A stretch of DNA of 62,510 nt, the filler included. It is 7 parts of 7 records of this genome, joined end to end, with 100 filler letters (N's around TTAATTAATTAA, not from the genome) between each part and the next. Parts side by side here need not be neighbours in the genome. Positions count along the whole stretch, not along the records: positions 46,536 to 53,869 come from SRR20825019_1156; positions 53,970 to 62,510 come from SRR20825019_1158; 5 more parts are not named here. One strand, written 5' to 3'. The first letter of the stretch is position 1. The number at the start of each line of letters is the position of its first letter. The notes beneath the pieces were generated by a model. The model searched no databases, was not told where the DNA came from, and was given only the letters and a program-made list of their open reading frames with translations. Positions 52,714 through 62,510 of this stretch are shown here, one piece after another. The position numbers and the translations under genes were made by a program.

Positions 52714-53355
52714 ATGCGCGAAGCACTCATCGTCTGGGGCGGCTGGAGCGGCCATGAGCCGGAGGAATGCGCCCATATCATCCGCGACATGCTGCAGGAG
52801 GACGGGTTCAAGGTCTATCTGGAACATTCCACCGAGGCGTTCGCCGATCCGCAGATCAAGGATCTGAGCCTGATCGTGCCGATCATGACCATGTCGAAGA
52901 TCGAGAAGGAGGAGGTGAAGAACCTCTCCGCCGCCGTCGAAAGCGGCGTCGGTATCGCCGGCTATCACGGCGGCGCGGGCGATGCCTTCCGCGATTCGGT
53001 CGATTATCAGTTCATCATCGGCGGCCAGTGGGTCGCCCACCCCGGCGATATCATCGATTACCGCGTGAACGTCACCAAGCCGGATGACCCGATCATGGAG
53101 GGAATTTCCGATTTCCCCTACACTTCGGAACAATATTACATGCATGTCGACCCGTCGAACGAGGTGCTGGCAACCACCACCTTTGCCGGCGACCATGCCG
53201 AATGGATCGACGGCGTTGTCATGCCGGTGGCCTGGAAACGCCGTCACGGCAAGGGCCGGGTATTCTATTCCTCGCTCGGGCATATCGCCAGCGAGTTCCA
53301 GGTTCCGGAGATGGCGACCATCTTCCGCCGCGGCGCCAACTGGGCGGCGCGCTGA
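52714..53355 (+). CDS. ThuA-domain protein
   Basis: [31 protein letters not shown]. Confidence 0.88.
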   Translation: MREALIVWGGWSGHEPEECAHIIRDMLQEDGFKVYLEHSTEAFADPQIKDLSLIVPIMTMSKIEKEEVKNLSAAVESGVGIAGYHGGAGDAFRDSVDYQFIIGGQWVAHPGDIIDYRVNVTKPDDPIMEGISDFPYTSEQYYMHVDPSNEVLATTTFAGDHAEWIDGVVMPVAWKRRHGKGRVFYSSLGHIASEFQVPEMATIFRRGANWAAR

Positions 53356-53410
53356 ACCTGCAACCGGCGGAGATCGCTTCATATCTCCGCGCCATGAACA
53401 GGAGAAAATC

Positions 53411-53869
53411 ATGGAATATCGCAGACTTGGAAACAGTGGCGCCGTCGTCACCAATCTCTGCCTCGGCACCATGACCTTCGGCGACGAGGCCGATGAGGCG
53501 ACCTCCTTCCGGCTGATGGACGCCTATGTCGAAGCGGGCGGCAATTTCATCGATACCGCCAATGTCTACTCGACCGGCCTTTCCGAAGAGATCGTCGGTC
53601 GCTGGCTGAAACAGAAACCCGGCATCACAAAGGAACTCGTGATCGCCACCAAGGCGCGCTTTCCGATGGGAGACGGACCGAACCGCATCGGGCTGTCGCG
53701 CAAGAACCTTGCCGAAGCGCTCGACGCCTCGCTTGTCCGGCTTGGCGTCGAGCAGGTCGATCTCTATCAGCTTCATGCCTTTGACGCGCTGACGCCGCTG
53801 GAGGAAACCCTGCGCTTCCTCGATGATGCGGTCTCGAGCGGCAAGATCGCCTATTACGGCTTCTCGAAC
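53411..53869 (+). CDS. Aldo/keto reductase, N-terminal part
   Basis: [34 protein letters not shown]. Confidence 0.92.
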
Positions 53870-53969
53870 NNNNNNNNNNNNNNNNNNNNNNNNNNNNNNN
53901 NNNNNNNNNNNNNTTAATTAATTAANNNNNNNNNNNNNNNNNNNNNNNNNNNNNNNNNNNNNNNNNNNN
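53870..53969. other. Artificial contig linker
   Basis: N44-TTAATTAATTAA-N44. Confidence 0.99.
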
Positions 53970-54295
53970 GTGTGCCCGTCATGGCCGCAGGCATGCATCC
54001 GGCCTTGGTGGGTTGAGGCATGCGGCAGGCCGGTTTTCTCCGTCATCGGCAGGGCATCCATATCGGCGCGCAGCCCGATCATCCTATTGCCTGTGCCACG
54101 GCCATTGATGACGGCCACAACGCCTGTTTCCCCGATTCCGGTCACCACCTCGTCGCAGCCGAATGCCTTGAGCTTGTCTGCCACGATGCCGGCCGTCCGG
54201 TGCACATCGAACAGCAGTTCGGGATGGGCATGAAAGTCCTGCCGCCAGGCGGCTATTTCGGGCTGGAATTCGGCAACGCGATTGAGAACGGGCAT
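53970..54295 (-). CDS. M20 amidohydrolase (hippurate hydrolase-like), N-terminal part
   Basis: HAHPEL, LRADMDALP, MHACGHDGH. Confidence 0.92.
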
Positions 54296-54507
54296 ACAAC
54301 AATCCGGGACTCGGGGAGGAAAGGCGCAATGTCACTGTGCGGGCCTTGGCAGTCAACTCTACAGCATGTCGCGCCGAAACGCGCGGGCACCTCTTTCCAA
54401 CATTTTGCATCAGACCGAACCGATATTCCCCCTGCGCGCCTTGCTCCTTTCGGGCCTTTTTGTCAGAAAGCCGCCAACTCCCGGGGATTGCCCAGAAAAG
54501 GTTGGCT

Positions 54508-55266
54508 ATGAAAATTCTCGTCGCGGTCAAACGCGTGGTCGATCACAATGTCCGCATCCGGGTTCGGCCCGATGGATCTGGCGTCGAGACCAATGGCGTG
54601 CGCATGTCCATGAACCCATTCTGCAAGCATGCCGTGGAAGCCGCCGTGCAATTGGCCGAGGCGGGATCGGCAGACGAGATCGTCATTGTCTCCATCGGCC
54701 CCAAACCTGCCAATGATGTCATTCTGACGGCCCTGGCCATGGGCGCGCATCGCGGCATTCTGGTCGAGACCGATCAGCCGCTCGAAACCCTGGCCATCGC
54801 CAAGCTCCTGGCCAAAGTGGTCGAGGAGGAACAGCCCGATCTGGTCCTGCTCGGCAAGCAGGCGGTGGATGATGACAGCAATCATGTCGGCCAGATGCTG
54901 GCCGCCCTGACCGACCGGCCCCAGGCCACCTTCGCCTCCGAAATCAAGCTCGATGGCACCGCGCTCGAAGTCACCCGCGAAGTCGATTCAGGGCGCGAGA
55001 CCATCGCTTTGCCGCTCCCCGCCATCGTCACCGCCGATCTGCGTCTCAACACCCCGCGCAATGCCGCCCTGCCCATGGTGATGAAGGCCCGCTCCAAGCC
55101 GTTGGCCGTACGTCCGGCGGCTGAATTCGGCGTCGATTTGACCCCGCGCCTCAAGGTCGAGAAGGTTTCGCCCCCGCCCGAACGGGCCGCTGGCGTCACG
55201 GTGGATTCGGTGACCGAGCTGGCCGGTATCATCGTCACCGATGTCAACGAGATGGAGGCGATCTGA
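54508..55266 (+). CDS. etfB: Electron transfer flavoprotein beta subunit
   Basis: MKILVAVKRVVD, MNPF, LGKQAVDDD, DLRLNTPR. Confidence 0.94.
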   Translation: MKILVAVKRVVDHNVRIRVRPDGSGVETNGVRMSMNPFCKHAVEAAVQLAEAGSADEIVIVSIGPKPANDVILTALAMGAHRGILVETDQPLETLAIAKLLAKVVEEEQPDLVLLGKQAVDDDSNHVGQMLAALTDRPQATFASEIKLDGTALEVTREVDSGRETIALPLPAIVTADLRLNTPRNAALPMVMKARSKPLAVRPAAEFGVDLTPRLKVEKVSPPPERAAGVTVDSVTELAGIIVTDVNEMEAI

Positions 55267-56189
55267 TGAGCGTTCTGGTTCTCGCCGAACTCGACAATGG
55301 CGCCCTTTCTGCCTCCACCGCGCGGACCGTCGCCGCTGCGGCTCAGCTCGGCCCGGTCGATCTGCTGGTCCCCGGTCCCCGCGCCGCCGCTGACCAGGCC
55401 GCGTCAATCGCTGGAGTCGCCAAGGTCATCCACGCCCACGAGGCCCTGCTGGCCGACGGCCTCGCCAACCTGCTCGCCGGACTGGCCGAAGGCTATGCGG
55501 TCATCGCTGCCTCGGCCTCGACCACTGGCAAGGATGTCATGCCGCGCCTTGCGGCCAAGCTCGATATCCAGCCGGTCACTGACATCGTCGCTATCGAGGG
55601 TGCCAATCGCTTCATCAGGCCCATCTATGCCGGCAACGCGCTCGAAACCGTCACCGACCCGCAGCAGAAGCATGTGCTGACCTTCCGTGCCTCCGCCTTC
55701 CGTCCCGCTGCATCGGGCAACGCGGCGCCGGTTGAAACGCTCGATACCGAGGTCGCTTCCGCGGCTCGTTTCATCGCCGCCCATCGCACCCAAAGCGATA
55801 TCCCCGATCTTGCCACCGCGCAGATCGTGGTTGGCGGCGGCGTCTCGGTCGGCTCGGCGGAAGGCTTCAAGCTGGTCGAAGCCCTCGGCAAGACGCTTGG
55901 CGCGGCAATCGGCGCCACCCGCGCTGCCGTCGACGCTGGTTATGCTCCCAATGACTGGCAGGTCGGCCAGACCGGCAAGATCATTGCCCCCGACCTCTAT
56001 ATTGCCGTCGGCATTTCCGGGGCGCTGCAGCATCTCGCCGGCATTCAGGGCGCCAAAAAGATCATCGCTATCAACACCGATCCTGAAGCTCCTCTGGTCA
56101 AGATCGCCGACGTGGCGCTGATCGGCGATCTCTTCGAAATCCTGCCGCAACTGACGGTGGAACTCGAGAAACTGGGCGTCAAACGCTAG
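55266..56189 (+). CDS. etfA: Electron transfer flavoprotein alpha subunit
   Basis: RPIYAGN, GATRAAVDAG, QVGQTGK, GISGALQH. Confidence 0.94.
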   Translation: MSVLVLAELDNGALSASTARTVAAAAQLGPVDLLVPGPRAAADQAASIAGVAKVIHAHEALLADGLANLLAGLAEGYAVIAASASTTGKDVMPRLAAKLDIQPVTDIVAIEGANRFIRPIYAGNALETVTDPQQKHVLTFRASAFRPAASGNAAPVETLDTEVASAARFIAAHRTQSDIPDLATAQIVVGGGVSVGSAEGFKLVEALGKTLGAAIGATRAAVDAGYAPNDWQVGQTGKIIAPDLYIAVGISGALQHLAGIQGAKKIIAINTDPEAPLVKIADVALIGDLFEILPQLTVELEKLGVKR

Positions 56190-56258
56190 CGCCCCAATTT
56201 GCAAAAATTCCTGTGCGGCCTATAAAGGCCGCGCCTTCTCACCGGATCTTCGGAAAAA

Positions 56259-57443
56259 ATGTTCGAAACCCTCTCCAAGGCCCCTGGCGACAAGATTCTG
56301 GCGCTCATGGGCGAATACGCTGCCGACTCCCGTTCCACCAAGATCGACCTCGGCGTCGGTGTCTATAAGGACGAGAAAGGCGTGACCCCGGTCATGTCCT
56401 CGGTCCGCAAGGCCGAACAGCTTATGCTTTCGAACGAGAAGACCAAATCCTATCTCGGCATTGCCGGCAATAAGGGCTTTGGCGCCGCTGTGCTCGATCT
56501 GGTGCTGGCCGACAGCGTGGATCGTGCCCGCGTGCGCATCGCCCAGGCTCCCGGCGGTACCGGTTCGCTCTGGGTGCTGATGCAGCTGGTCAATCGCGCC
56601 CGTCCCGGCGCCACGGTCCATGTCTCCGACCCCACCTGGGCCAACCACAATCCCATCGCCATCGGTTCGGGCTTGCAGGTCGCGACCTACCCCTATTTCG
56701 ATCCCGCTACCCGCGCGGTAAAATTCGACGACATGCTCGCCGCGCTGGACAAGCTCGGTCCGGACGATGTCGTGCTGCTGCATGGTTGCTGCCACAACCC
56801 CACAGGCGCAAATCTCAACAACGAGCAATGGGACAAGGTGGCCGCAAGTCTCGCCCGCACCGGCGCGCTGCCCTTCATCGATCTGGCCTATCTCGGCTTT
56901 GGCGATGGCATCGAGCCCGATGCCTATGGCACCCGAAAGGTCCTCGCCTCGGTCCCCGAAGCGCTGATCGCCTTTTCCGGCTCGAAGAATTTTGGCCTCT
57001 ATCGTGAGCGCATCGGCGCGGCCATTCTGGTCGCCCGCGACGGTGAACAGGCCGATGTAACCAATTCCCAGCTTCTCAACATCATCCGTGGTGCCTATTC
57101 CCAGCCCCCCGACCATGGTGCCGAAATCATCCGCACCATTCTCGAGGACGCGGACTTGCGCGCCGAATGGGAGACCGAGCTGGCCGATATGCGCAATCGC
57201 ATGATTGTGTTGCGCGAAAAGCTGGCCGCCGCCATCCGCGAGCGTTCCAACTCAAGTGATTTTGACTTTGTCGCCGATCACCGCGGCATGTTTTCGCTGC
57301 TCGGCCTGCCGGTCGAGGCGGTTGATCATCTTAAGGCCGAAAACGGGGTCTATATGACTTCGGACAGTCGCATCAATGTTGCCGGCATCCCGGAAGATCG
57401 CGTTGGCGATCTGGCCGACGCCGTTTTGGCCGCCATTCGCTGA
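56259..57443 (+). CDS. Aspartate/aromatic amino acid aminotransferase (AspC/TyrB family)
   Basis: KIDLGVGVY, GGTG, HGCCHNPTG, SKNFGLYRERIG, RINVAG. Confidence 0.93.
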   Translation: MFETLSKAPGDKILALMGEYAADSRSTKIDLGVGVYKDEKGVTPVMSSVRKAEQLMLSNEKTKSYLGIAGNKGFGAAVLDLVLADSVDRARVRIAQAPGGTGSLWVLMQLVNRARPGATVHVSDPTWANHNPIAIGSGLQVATYPYFDPATRAVKFDDMLAALDKLGPDDVVLLHGCCHNPTGANLNNEQWDKVAASLARTGALPFIDLAYLGFGDGIEPDAYGTRKVLASVPEALIAFSGSKNFGLYRERIGAAILVARDGEQADVTNSQLLNIIRGAYSQPPDHGAEIIRTILEDADLRAEWETELADMRNRMIVLREKLAAAIRERSNSSDFDFVADHRGMFSLLGLPVEAVDHLKAENGVYMTSDSRINVAGIPEDRVGDLADAVLAAIR

Positions 57444-57524
57444 TCCTGTGGCTTGCGGCAGCCCGCGGCCATGTCTACATCTGGACTAAGAGCCAGACAG
57501 AATTCGAGATTTTAGGAGGGAACG

Positions 57525-58178
57525 ATGAAGTTCTTCGTCGACACTGCAGATACCGCCGCCATCAAGGAGCTTCACGATACCGGGCTTCTTGACGGTGTGA
57601 CCACCAACCCCTCGCTGATCGCCAAGTCCGGCCGTGACTTCAAGGAAGTCATTGCCGAGATCTGCGCCATCGTGCCCGGCCCGGTTTCGGCCGAAGTGGC
57701 ATCGCTGGAATATGACGGCATGGTTGCCGAAGGCGAAACCCTAGCCAAGATCGCATCCAATGTCGTGATCAAGCTACCCCTGACCCTGGATGGCCTCAAG
57801 GCCACCAAGTACTTCAAGGAAAAGGGCACCAAGACCAACGTCACGCTCTGCTTCTCGGCCAATCAGGCCCTGCTCGCTGCCAAGGCCGGCGCGACCTATA
57901 TCTCGCCCTTCATCGGCCGCCTCGACGACATCAATATCGACGGCATGGAGCTGATCGAAACGATCCGCACCATCTATGACAACTACCAGTTCGAGACCCA
58001 GATCCTGGCCGCTTCGATCCGTTCGGCAAACCACGTCACCCAGGCGGCCCTCGCCGGTGCTGACGTCGCTACGATCCCGCCCGACGTCATCAAGAAGCTG
58101 GCCCTGCACCCTCTGACTGACAAGGGCATCGAAGGGTTCCTCAAGGATTGGAAGGCCACCGGCCAGTCGATCCTCTAA
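57525..58178 (+). CDS. Transaldolase / fructose-6-phosphate aldolase family
   Basis: [42 protein letters not shown]. Confidence 0.93.
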   Translation: MKFFVDTADTAAIKELHDTGLLDGVTTNPSLIAKSGRDFKEVIAEICAIVPGPVSAEVASLEYDGMVAEGETLAKIASNVVIKLPLTLDGLKATKYFKEKGTKTNVTLCFSANQALLAAKAGATYISPFIGRLDDINIDGMELIETIRTIYDNYQFETQILAASIRSANHVTQAALAGADVATIPPDVIKKLALHPLTDKGIEGFLKDWKATGQSIL

Positions 58179-58197
58179 AGGGCTTTCGCTCCGCATT

Positions 58198-58241
58198 CAG
58201 ACCCCGCCCTTCGACACGCTCGGGGTGGGGTCTTTTCTTTT
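58198..58241 (+). terminator. Intrinsic terminator after the transaldolase
   Basis: AGACCCCGCCCT..GGGGTGGGGTCT followed by a T-rich tail. Confidence 0.75.
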
Positions 58242-58252
58242 GGGAACTCCGC

Positions 58253-59311
58253 ATGGCCGACACCGATCTCGCCGCCCAGATCAAGACTGCCCTTGCCGAC
58301 GTCGAAATTCCCGGTGGCGGTGACCTGGCCAGCTATGGCGGTCTGTCCGATGTCATCGTCACCCCCGGCGCCATTGCCTTCGCCATTGCCGTGGCGCCCG
58401 GTATGGAAGCTGCCTTCGGCCCGGCGCGCGAAGAGGCCCAGAAGCGCGCCCAGGCGCTCGGTGGCGCCCGCAAGGTCATGGTCTCGCTGACCGCTGAAAA
58501 GTCCAACACCCCCAAATTCGGCCATGGCGCGGCCCAGCCGCAGGGCAAGACCCGGGTCGATGGTGTCAAGCGCATCATTGCCGTCGGCTCCGGCAAGGGT
58601 GGCGTGGGCAAGTCGACCACTGCGGTCAATATCGCCCTCTCGCTGGCGGCCGAGGGCCTCCAGGTCGGCGTGCTCGACGCCGATCTTTATGGCCCCTCCA
58701 TCCCCAAGCTGCTTGGCATCGAGGGTAAGCCCGCCATTCGCGATGATGGCATCTTCACCCCGCATGACGTCTTCGGGCTCAAAGTCATGTCCATCGGCTC
58801 CATGCTGGTGCCGGGCCAGGCCGTGGTCTGGCGCGGCCCCATGGCCACCTCGGGCCTGCGCCAATTGCTGCGCGAAACCGATTGGGGCGGGCTCGACTGC
58901 CTCATCATCGATCTGCCTCCCGGCACGGGCGATATTCATATCGCCCTTTTCCAGCAGACCGTGGTCGATGGGGTGGTCATCGTTTCGACCCCGCAGGATC
59001 TCGCGCTGATCGACGCGCAAAAGGCCATCGACATGCTGCGCCGCATGTCCGTTCCGGTGCTGGGCCTCGTCGAAAACATGAGCTACTTCATCGCCCCGGA
59101 TACCGGCAATCGCTATGACATCTTCGGCACCGGCGGCGCCGAAAAGGCCGCGGAACGCCTCGAAATTCCCTTTCTCGGTCCGGTCCCGCTGGTCATGTCG
59201 ATCCGCGAAGGCTCGGACGCCGGCACCCCGCCCCTCGTGACCGCACCCGATGGCCCCGAGGCCAATGCCTACCGCTCGATTGCCCGACGTCTGGTCACCA
59301 CCTTGGCGTAG
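58253..59311 (+). CDS. Mrp/NBP35 (ApbC) Fe-S carrier ATPase
   Basis: SGKGGVGKST, DAD.YGPS, WRGPM, DLPPGTGD, GLVENMSYF. Confidence 0.93.
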   Translation: MADTDLAAQIKTALADVEIPGGGDLASYGGLSDVIVTPGAIAFAIAVAPGMEAAFGPAREEAQKRAQALGGARKVMVSLTAEKSNTPKFGHGAAQPQGKTRVDGVKRIIAVGSGKGGVGKSTTAVNIALSLAAEGLQVGVLDADLYGPSIPKLLGIEGKPAIRDDGIFTPHDVFGLKVMSIGSMLVPGQAVVWRGPMATSGLRQLLRETDWGGLDCLIIDLPPGTGDIHIALFQQTVVDGVVIVSTPQDLALIDAQKAIDMLRRMSVPVLGLVENMSYFIAPDTGNRYDIFGTGGAEKAAERLEIPFLGPVPLVMSIREGSDAGTPPLVTAPDGPEANAYRSIARRLVTTLA

Positions 59312-59345
59312 CCGGATGCTTCGTGTTTTGAGGCACGTACACCAT

Positions 59346-59372
59346 TTAAATCGATTGCTGAAATCGATTGCA
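59346..59372. promoter_or_regulatory. Tandem LacI-type operators upstream of the GH1 gene
   Basis: TTAAATCGATTGCT overlapping TGAAATCGATTGCA. Confidence 0.55.
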
Positions 59373-59435
59373 TAACCTCCCGCGTGAATGGTATCCGCCT
59401 TCCCGACAAGGGCAAAATGCCCGCATGGAGGGGAT

Positions 59436-60749
59436 ATGTTCTCGTTTGATCGCCGCGATTTCGGCTCCGATTTCACCTTTGGCGTGGCCACCGCCGCCTA
59501 TCAGATCGAAGGCGGGCAGGGGGACGGTCGCGGCTCATCCATCTGGGACACGTTTGCGGCCACACCCGGCAATGTCCACAATGGCGATACGGGCCGTGAC
59601 GCCTGCAATCACTATGAGCTCTGGCCGCAGGATCTGGACCTCATCCGCGATGGCGGGTTCGATGCCTATCGCTTCTCCTTCGCCTGGCCGCGCCTCATCC
59701 CCGAGGGCACCGGTGCCGTCAACCAAGCCGGTATCGATTTCTATGATCGCCTGATCGACGGCATGCTTGAGCGCGGCATCAAGCCCTATGCCACGCTCTA
59801 TCACTGGGACCTGCCCTCGACCCTGCAGGATCGCGGCGGCTGGATGAACCGCGATATTGCCAACTGGTTCGCCGACTATGCCACGCTTGTCGCCCAAAAA
59901 TTCGGTGACCGGCTCGAAGCCACCGCCACCATCAACGAGCCCTGGTGCGTCGCCTTTCTCAGCCATTTCCTCGGCGTGCATGCCCCCGGCTACCGTGATC
60001 TGCGCGCCGCCGCCCGGGCCATGCATCACGTGCTCTTTGCCCACGGTACGGCCATCGACGCGCTCCGCACGGCCGGCGCGAAGAACCTCGGCATCGTGCT
60101 CAATCTCGAAAAATCCGAACCGGCCAGCGACAGCGAGGCGGACAAATCCGCCGCCAATTTCGGCGATGCCGTATTCAATCGCTGGTATCTCGGCGGTGTC
60201 CTCAAGGGCCAGTACCCCAAGGAAATGACCGACTGGCTGGCGCCTTATCTGCCGGCCAATTATCAGGACGACATGGCCGTGGTCTCCCGCCCGCTCGATT
60301 GGCTGGGCATCAACTACTACACTCGTGGCCTCTACCAGGCCTCCTCCGAACCCGGCCGGCCTGCCGAGCAGGTCAAGGGGCCGCTGGAAAAGACCGATAT
60401 TGGCTGGGAAATCTACCCCCAGGGCCTCACCGATCTCTTGGTCCGCGTCTTTAACGACTACACCAAGCTGCCGATCTACGTCACCGAGAACGGCATGGCC
60501 GAAGTCGAGGGCGACAACGATCCGCGCCGCACCAAATATTACGAAGACCACCTCAAGGCCGTGCTCGCCGCCCGCGAGGCCGGCGCCGACGTGCGGGGCT
60601 ACTTTGCCTGGTCACTGCTCGACAACTACGAATGGGCCGAGGGCTACAACAAGCGCTTTGGTCTCGTCCATGTCGATTACCAAACCCAGATGCGCACGCC
60701 CAAATCCAGCTACCGGGCCTTCCAGGGCCTGCTGCACAACGCGCGCTGA
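59436..60749 (+). CDS. GH1 beta-glucosidase
   Basis: ATAAYQIEG, INEP acid/base, VTENG nucleophile, WSLLDNYEW. Confidence 0.95.
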   Translation: MFSFDRRDFGSDFTFGVATAAYQIEGGQGDGRGSSIWDTFAATPGNVHNGDTGRDACNHYELWPQDLDLIRDGGFDAYRFSFAWPRLIPEGTGAVNQAGIDFYDRLIDGMLERGIKPYATLYHWDLPSTLQDRGGWMNRDIANWFADYATLVAQKFGDRLEATATINEPWCVAFLSHFLGVHAPGYRDLRAAARAMHHVLFAHGTAIDALRTAGAKNLGIVLNLEKSEPASDSEADKSAANFGDAVFNRWYLGGVLKGQYPKEMTDWLAPYLPANYQDDMAVVSRPLDWLGINYYTRGLYQASSEPGRPAEQVKGPLEKTDIGWEIYPQGLTDLLVRVFNDYTKLPIYVTENGMAEVEGDNDPRRTKYYEDHLKAVLAAREAGADVRGYFAWSLLDNYEWAEGYNKRFGLVHVDYQTQMRTPKSSYRAFQGLLHNAR

Positions 60750-60794
60750 TCCTGTAGGGTTCAGGCTGATTGATACCAGCCTGGGCCCTTTGCA

Positions 60795-61376
60795 ATGGAA
60801 CAAGAATACGCCGAACTTTCGCCGTCGCTGCTTCGGCTCGAACAGCTTCTCGACGAGGCCGGGGACCAGTCCATGCTGCTTGCCGAGCTGGATGGGTTTC
60901 TCTGTTGCCTGGCGGTCGGTCCCGAGCCTGTCGCCAACAGCGAATGGTGGCCCTTTGACTGGCTGACCGACGAACGCGGCGTCCTGCGCAGCGGCAGTGA
61001 AGAGATTGCGGCCCTGATCGAGACGCGTCTGGCCGAAATCAACGCCGAACTGGCCGCCGACGCCTATGCGCCGCTGTTCGAGGTCGATGAAGACAGCGAC
61101 GACATCATCTGGGAGGTTTGGATCGCCGGCTTCCAGCAGGCTATGCTCTTGCGCTTCGAAGCCTGGGACGATCTGTTGCGCGATACGGAGAGCGATATCC
61201 GGGGAGAAGCCGCAATGGGATTGGCATCCGCCCTGATGCTGGCCCAGCCCGATACCCGGCCCGACGATACGGCGGGCGACGAGGAATGGGCCGAGTTTGA
61301 CGAGATGCACGAGGCCATGCCCATGGTCATCGCCCGCACCGCAGTCCTGCTCCACCTGCTGCACAAGCCAAACTAG
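60795..61376 (+). CDS. UPF0149/YecA family protein
   Basis: M...ELDGFL....GPE, W..GF..AM. Confidence 0.75.
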   Translation: MEQEYAELSPSLLRLEQLLDEAGDQSMLLAELDGFLCCLAVGPEPVANSEWWPFDWLTDERGVLRSGSEEIAALIETRLAEINAELAADAYAPLFEVDEDSDDIIWEVWIAGFQQAMLLRFEAWDDLLRDTESDIRGEAAMGLASALMLAQPDTRPDDTAGDEEWAEFDEMHEAMPMVIARTAVLLHLLHKPN

Positions 61377-61386
61377 AGCGCTTTGT

Positions 61387-62510
61387 CTAGGCGGCAATCT
61401 CCGGTAGCCGTGCCGCCATCAGCGCCTTGGTGAGGCTGTGCTGTGGCTCGGCGAACAGGCGCTGCGGCGCGCCTTCTTCCACGATTTTCCCCTTCTCCAT
61501 CACCAGCACCCGGTCAGCCATGGCCGCGACCATATCGAGATCGTGGCTGATGATGAGATAGGTCAGGCCATGCTCTTCCTGCAGCCGCGACAGCAGGCCC
61601 AGCACATCGCCCCGCACCGAAACATCAAGCGCCGAGACGGGTTCATCCAGCACCACCAGGCGCGGCCGGGTCACCAGGGCGCGCGCAATCGCCAGGCGCT
61701 GGCGCTGCCCGCCGGAAAATTCATGCGGATAGCGCTCCAGCATCGCCACGTTCAGACCAACGGCCTCGATGGCTTCCGCCAGCCGGGCATCGCGTTCGCC
61801 GCGCGACAGACGCCCCAGCAGATGCAGCGGTTCACCCAGGGAATCGCCGATTGTCATGCGTGGGTCAAAACTGCTGAACGGGTCCTGGAACACCAGCGAC
61901 AGGCCCGCGCGCAGCAGCGGCGGCAGGTCCCGGCCGCGATAGGCCGCCCCATCGAACACCAATTGCCCCGCGCTGACATCGTCCAGCCCCACGATCAATC
62001 GGGCCAGGGTCGTCTTGCCACAGCCCGACGGACCCACCAGCGCCACGCATTCGCCTGCCGCAATGTCGAGGGTCACGCCGTCGACCGCGCGGACCGGGGC
62101 CTCGCGCCAGGGCCAGAGACCCGCGTGGCGATAGACCCGGCTGACATTTTCAACGTTTAGCAACGCCGCGCTCTCCGCATGGTCCGCCGCGGCTGGCCTG
62201 TCCCGCCGCTGCATCCGGCTGGCCGCCAGAAGCTTGCGCGTGTACGCGGCCTGGGGCGCGCTGAACACCGCGCTGGTATCGCCCTGTTCGACAAGTTCGC
62301 CCGCCCGCATCACCCCGACCCGGTCGCACAGCGCCGCCACGGCCCGAATGTCATGGCTGATGAACAACAGCGTCATGTGGCGCCGCTTGCAGATATCGGC
62401 AATCAGGTCGAGCACGGTGCGTTGGGTAATGGCATCGAGCGCCGAAGTCGGCTCGTCCGCAATCATCAGTTCGGGCTGGCTGGCCAGCGCCATGGCGATC
62501 ATCGCGCGCT
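61387..62510 (-). CDS. Peptide ABC transporter ATP-binding protein with two NBDs, 5'-truncated
   Basis: ADEPTSALD, GPSGCGKT, RYPHEFSGGQRQR, DEPVSALD. Confidence 0.92.
   Translation of the reverse strand, partial: RAMIAMALASQPELMIADEPTSALDAITQRTVLDLIADICKRRHMTLLFISHDIRAVAALCDRVGVMRAGELVEQGDTSAVFSAPQAAYTRKLLAASRMQRRDRPAAADHAESAALLNVENVSRVYRHAGLWPWREAPVRAVDGVTLDIAAGECVALVGPSGCGKTTLARLIVGLDDVSAGQLVFDGAAYRGRDLPPLLRAGLSLVFQDPFSSFDPRMTIGDSLGEPLHLLGRLSRGERDARLAEAIEAVGLNVAMLERYPHEFSGGQRQRLAIARALVTRPRLVVLDEPVSALDVSVRGDVLGLLSRLQEEHGLTYLIISHDLDMVAAMADRVLVMEKGKIVEEGAPQRLFAEPQHSLTKALMAARLPEIAA

Noticed and set aside
17381..53969. Six identical TTAATTAATTAA elements flanked by N runs
   Set aside because: Artificial 100-bp concatenation linkers. 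Gene neighbourhoods across them are meaningless.
1..62510. CRISPR arrays, prophage, retron or defence genes
   Set aside because: I saw no regularly spaced repeat-spacer array, integrase, reverse transcriptase or nuclease motif. The three 65-bp motifs are dispersed, not arrayed.

Overview
This window is not one replicon. It is seven unrelated contigs joined by six identical 100-bp artificial linkers (N44-TTAATTAATTAA-N44). (1) 1-17380, alphaproteobacterial (Rhizobiales-like) accessory DNA: a rearranged kdp K+-uptake locus (kdpF-orf62-kdpB-orf26-kdpA-kdpC-kdpD-kdpE), then a decaying redox/electrophile-stress region (HxlR regulator, ALDH and OYE pseudogenes, GNAT-cupin-AraC, IS1202/IS21/IS5 remnants, LysR-azoreductase). 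(2) 17481-22806, Rhizobiales core DNA: PdhS/CbrA-type kinase, Fe(III) ABC genes with an ICE box, a candidate CtrA-controlled sRNA, and acetoacetyl-CoA synthetase. (3) 22907-32336, Rhodobacteraceae-like core DNA (BMP, rimI, tsaB, NifU/NfuA, USP, aminotransferase, M48, YigZ, rimO). (4) 32437-40964, a compact eukaryotic contig with ~50-nt GT-AG introns (DNAJC11, TMEM260, DUF1475-like and ICE2-like genes) and extreme GC islands at gene 5' ends. (5) 41065-46435, tRNA 3' end, DeoR plus sugar ABC operon, a rhizobial RIME-type repeat, and asd. (6) 46536-53869, sugar ABC, ROK regulator, Gfo/Idh/MocA, ThuA and aldo/keto reductase. (7) 53970-62510, alphaproteobacterial (possibly Devosia-like) etfBA, aminotransferase, transaldolase, Mrp, GH1, UPF0149 and an ABC ATPase. 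I saw no CRISPR array, phage or defence system. The best leads are the kdp locus with extra micro-proteins (one resembles the KdpB N-terminus), a 65-bp motif in three copies that may define an HxlR regulon, the GC-island promoters of the eukaryote, and the candidate sRNA. All family and taxon calls come from motif recognition by eye, not from database searches.
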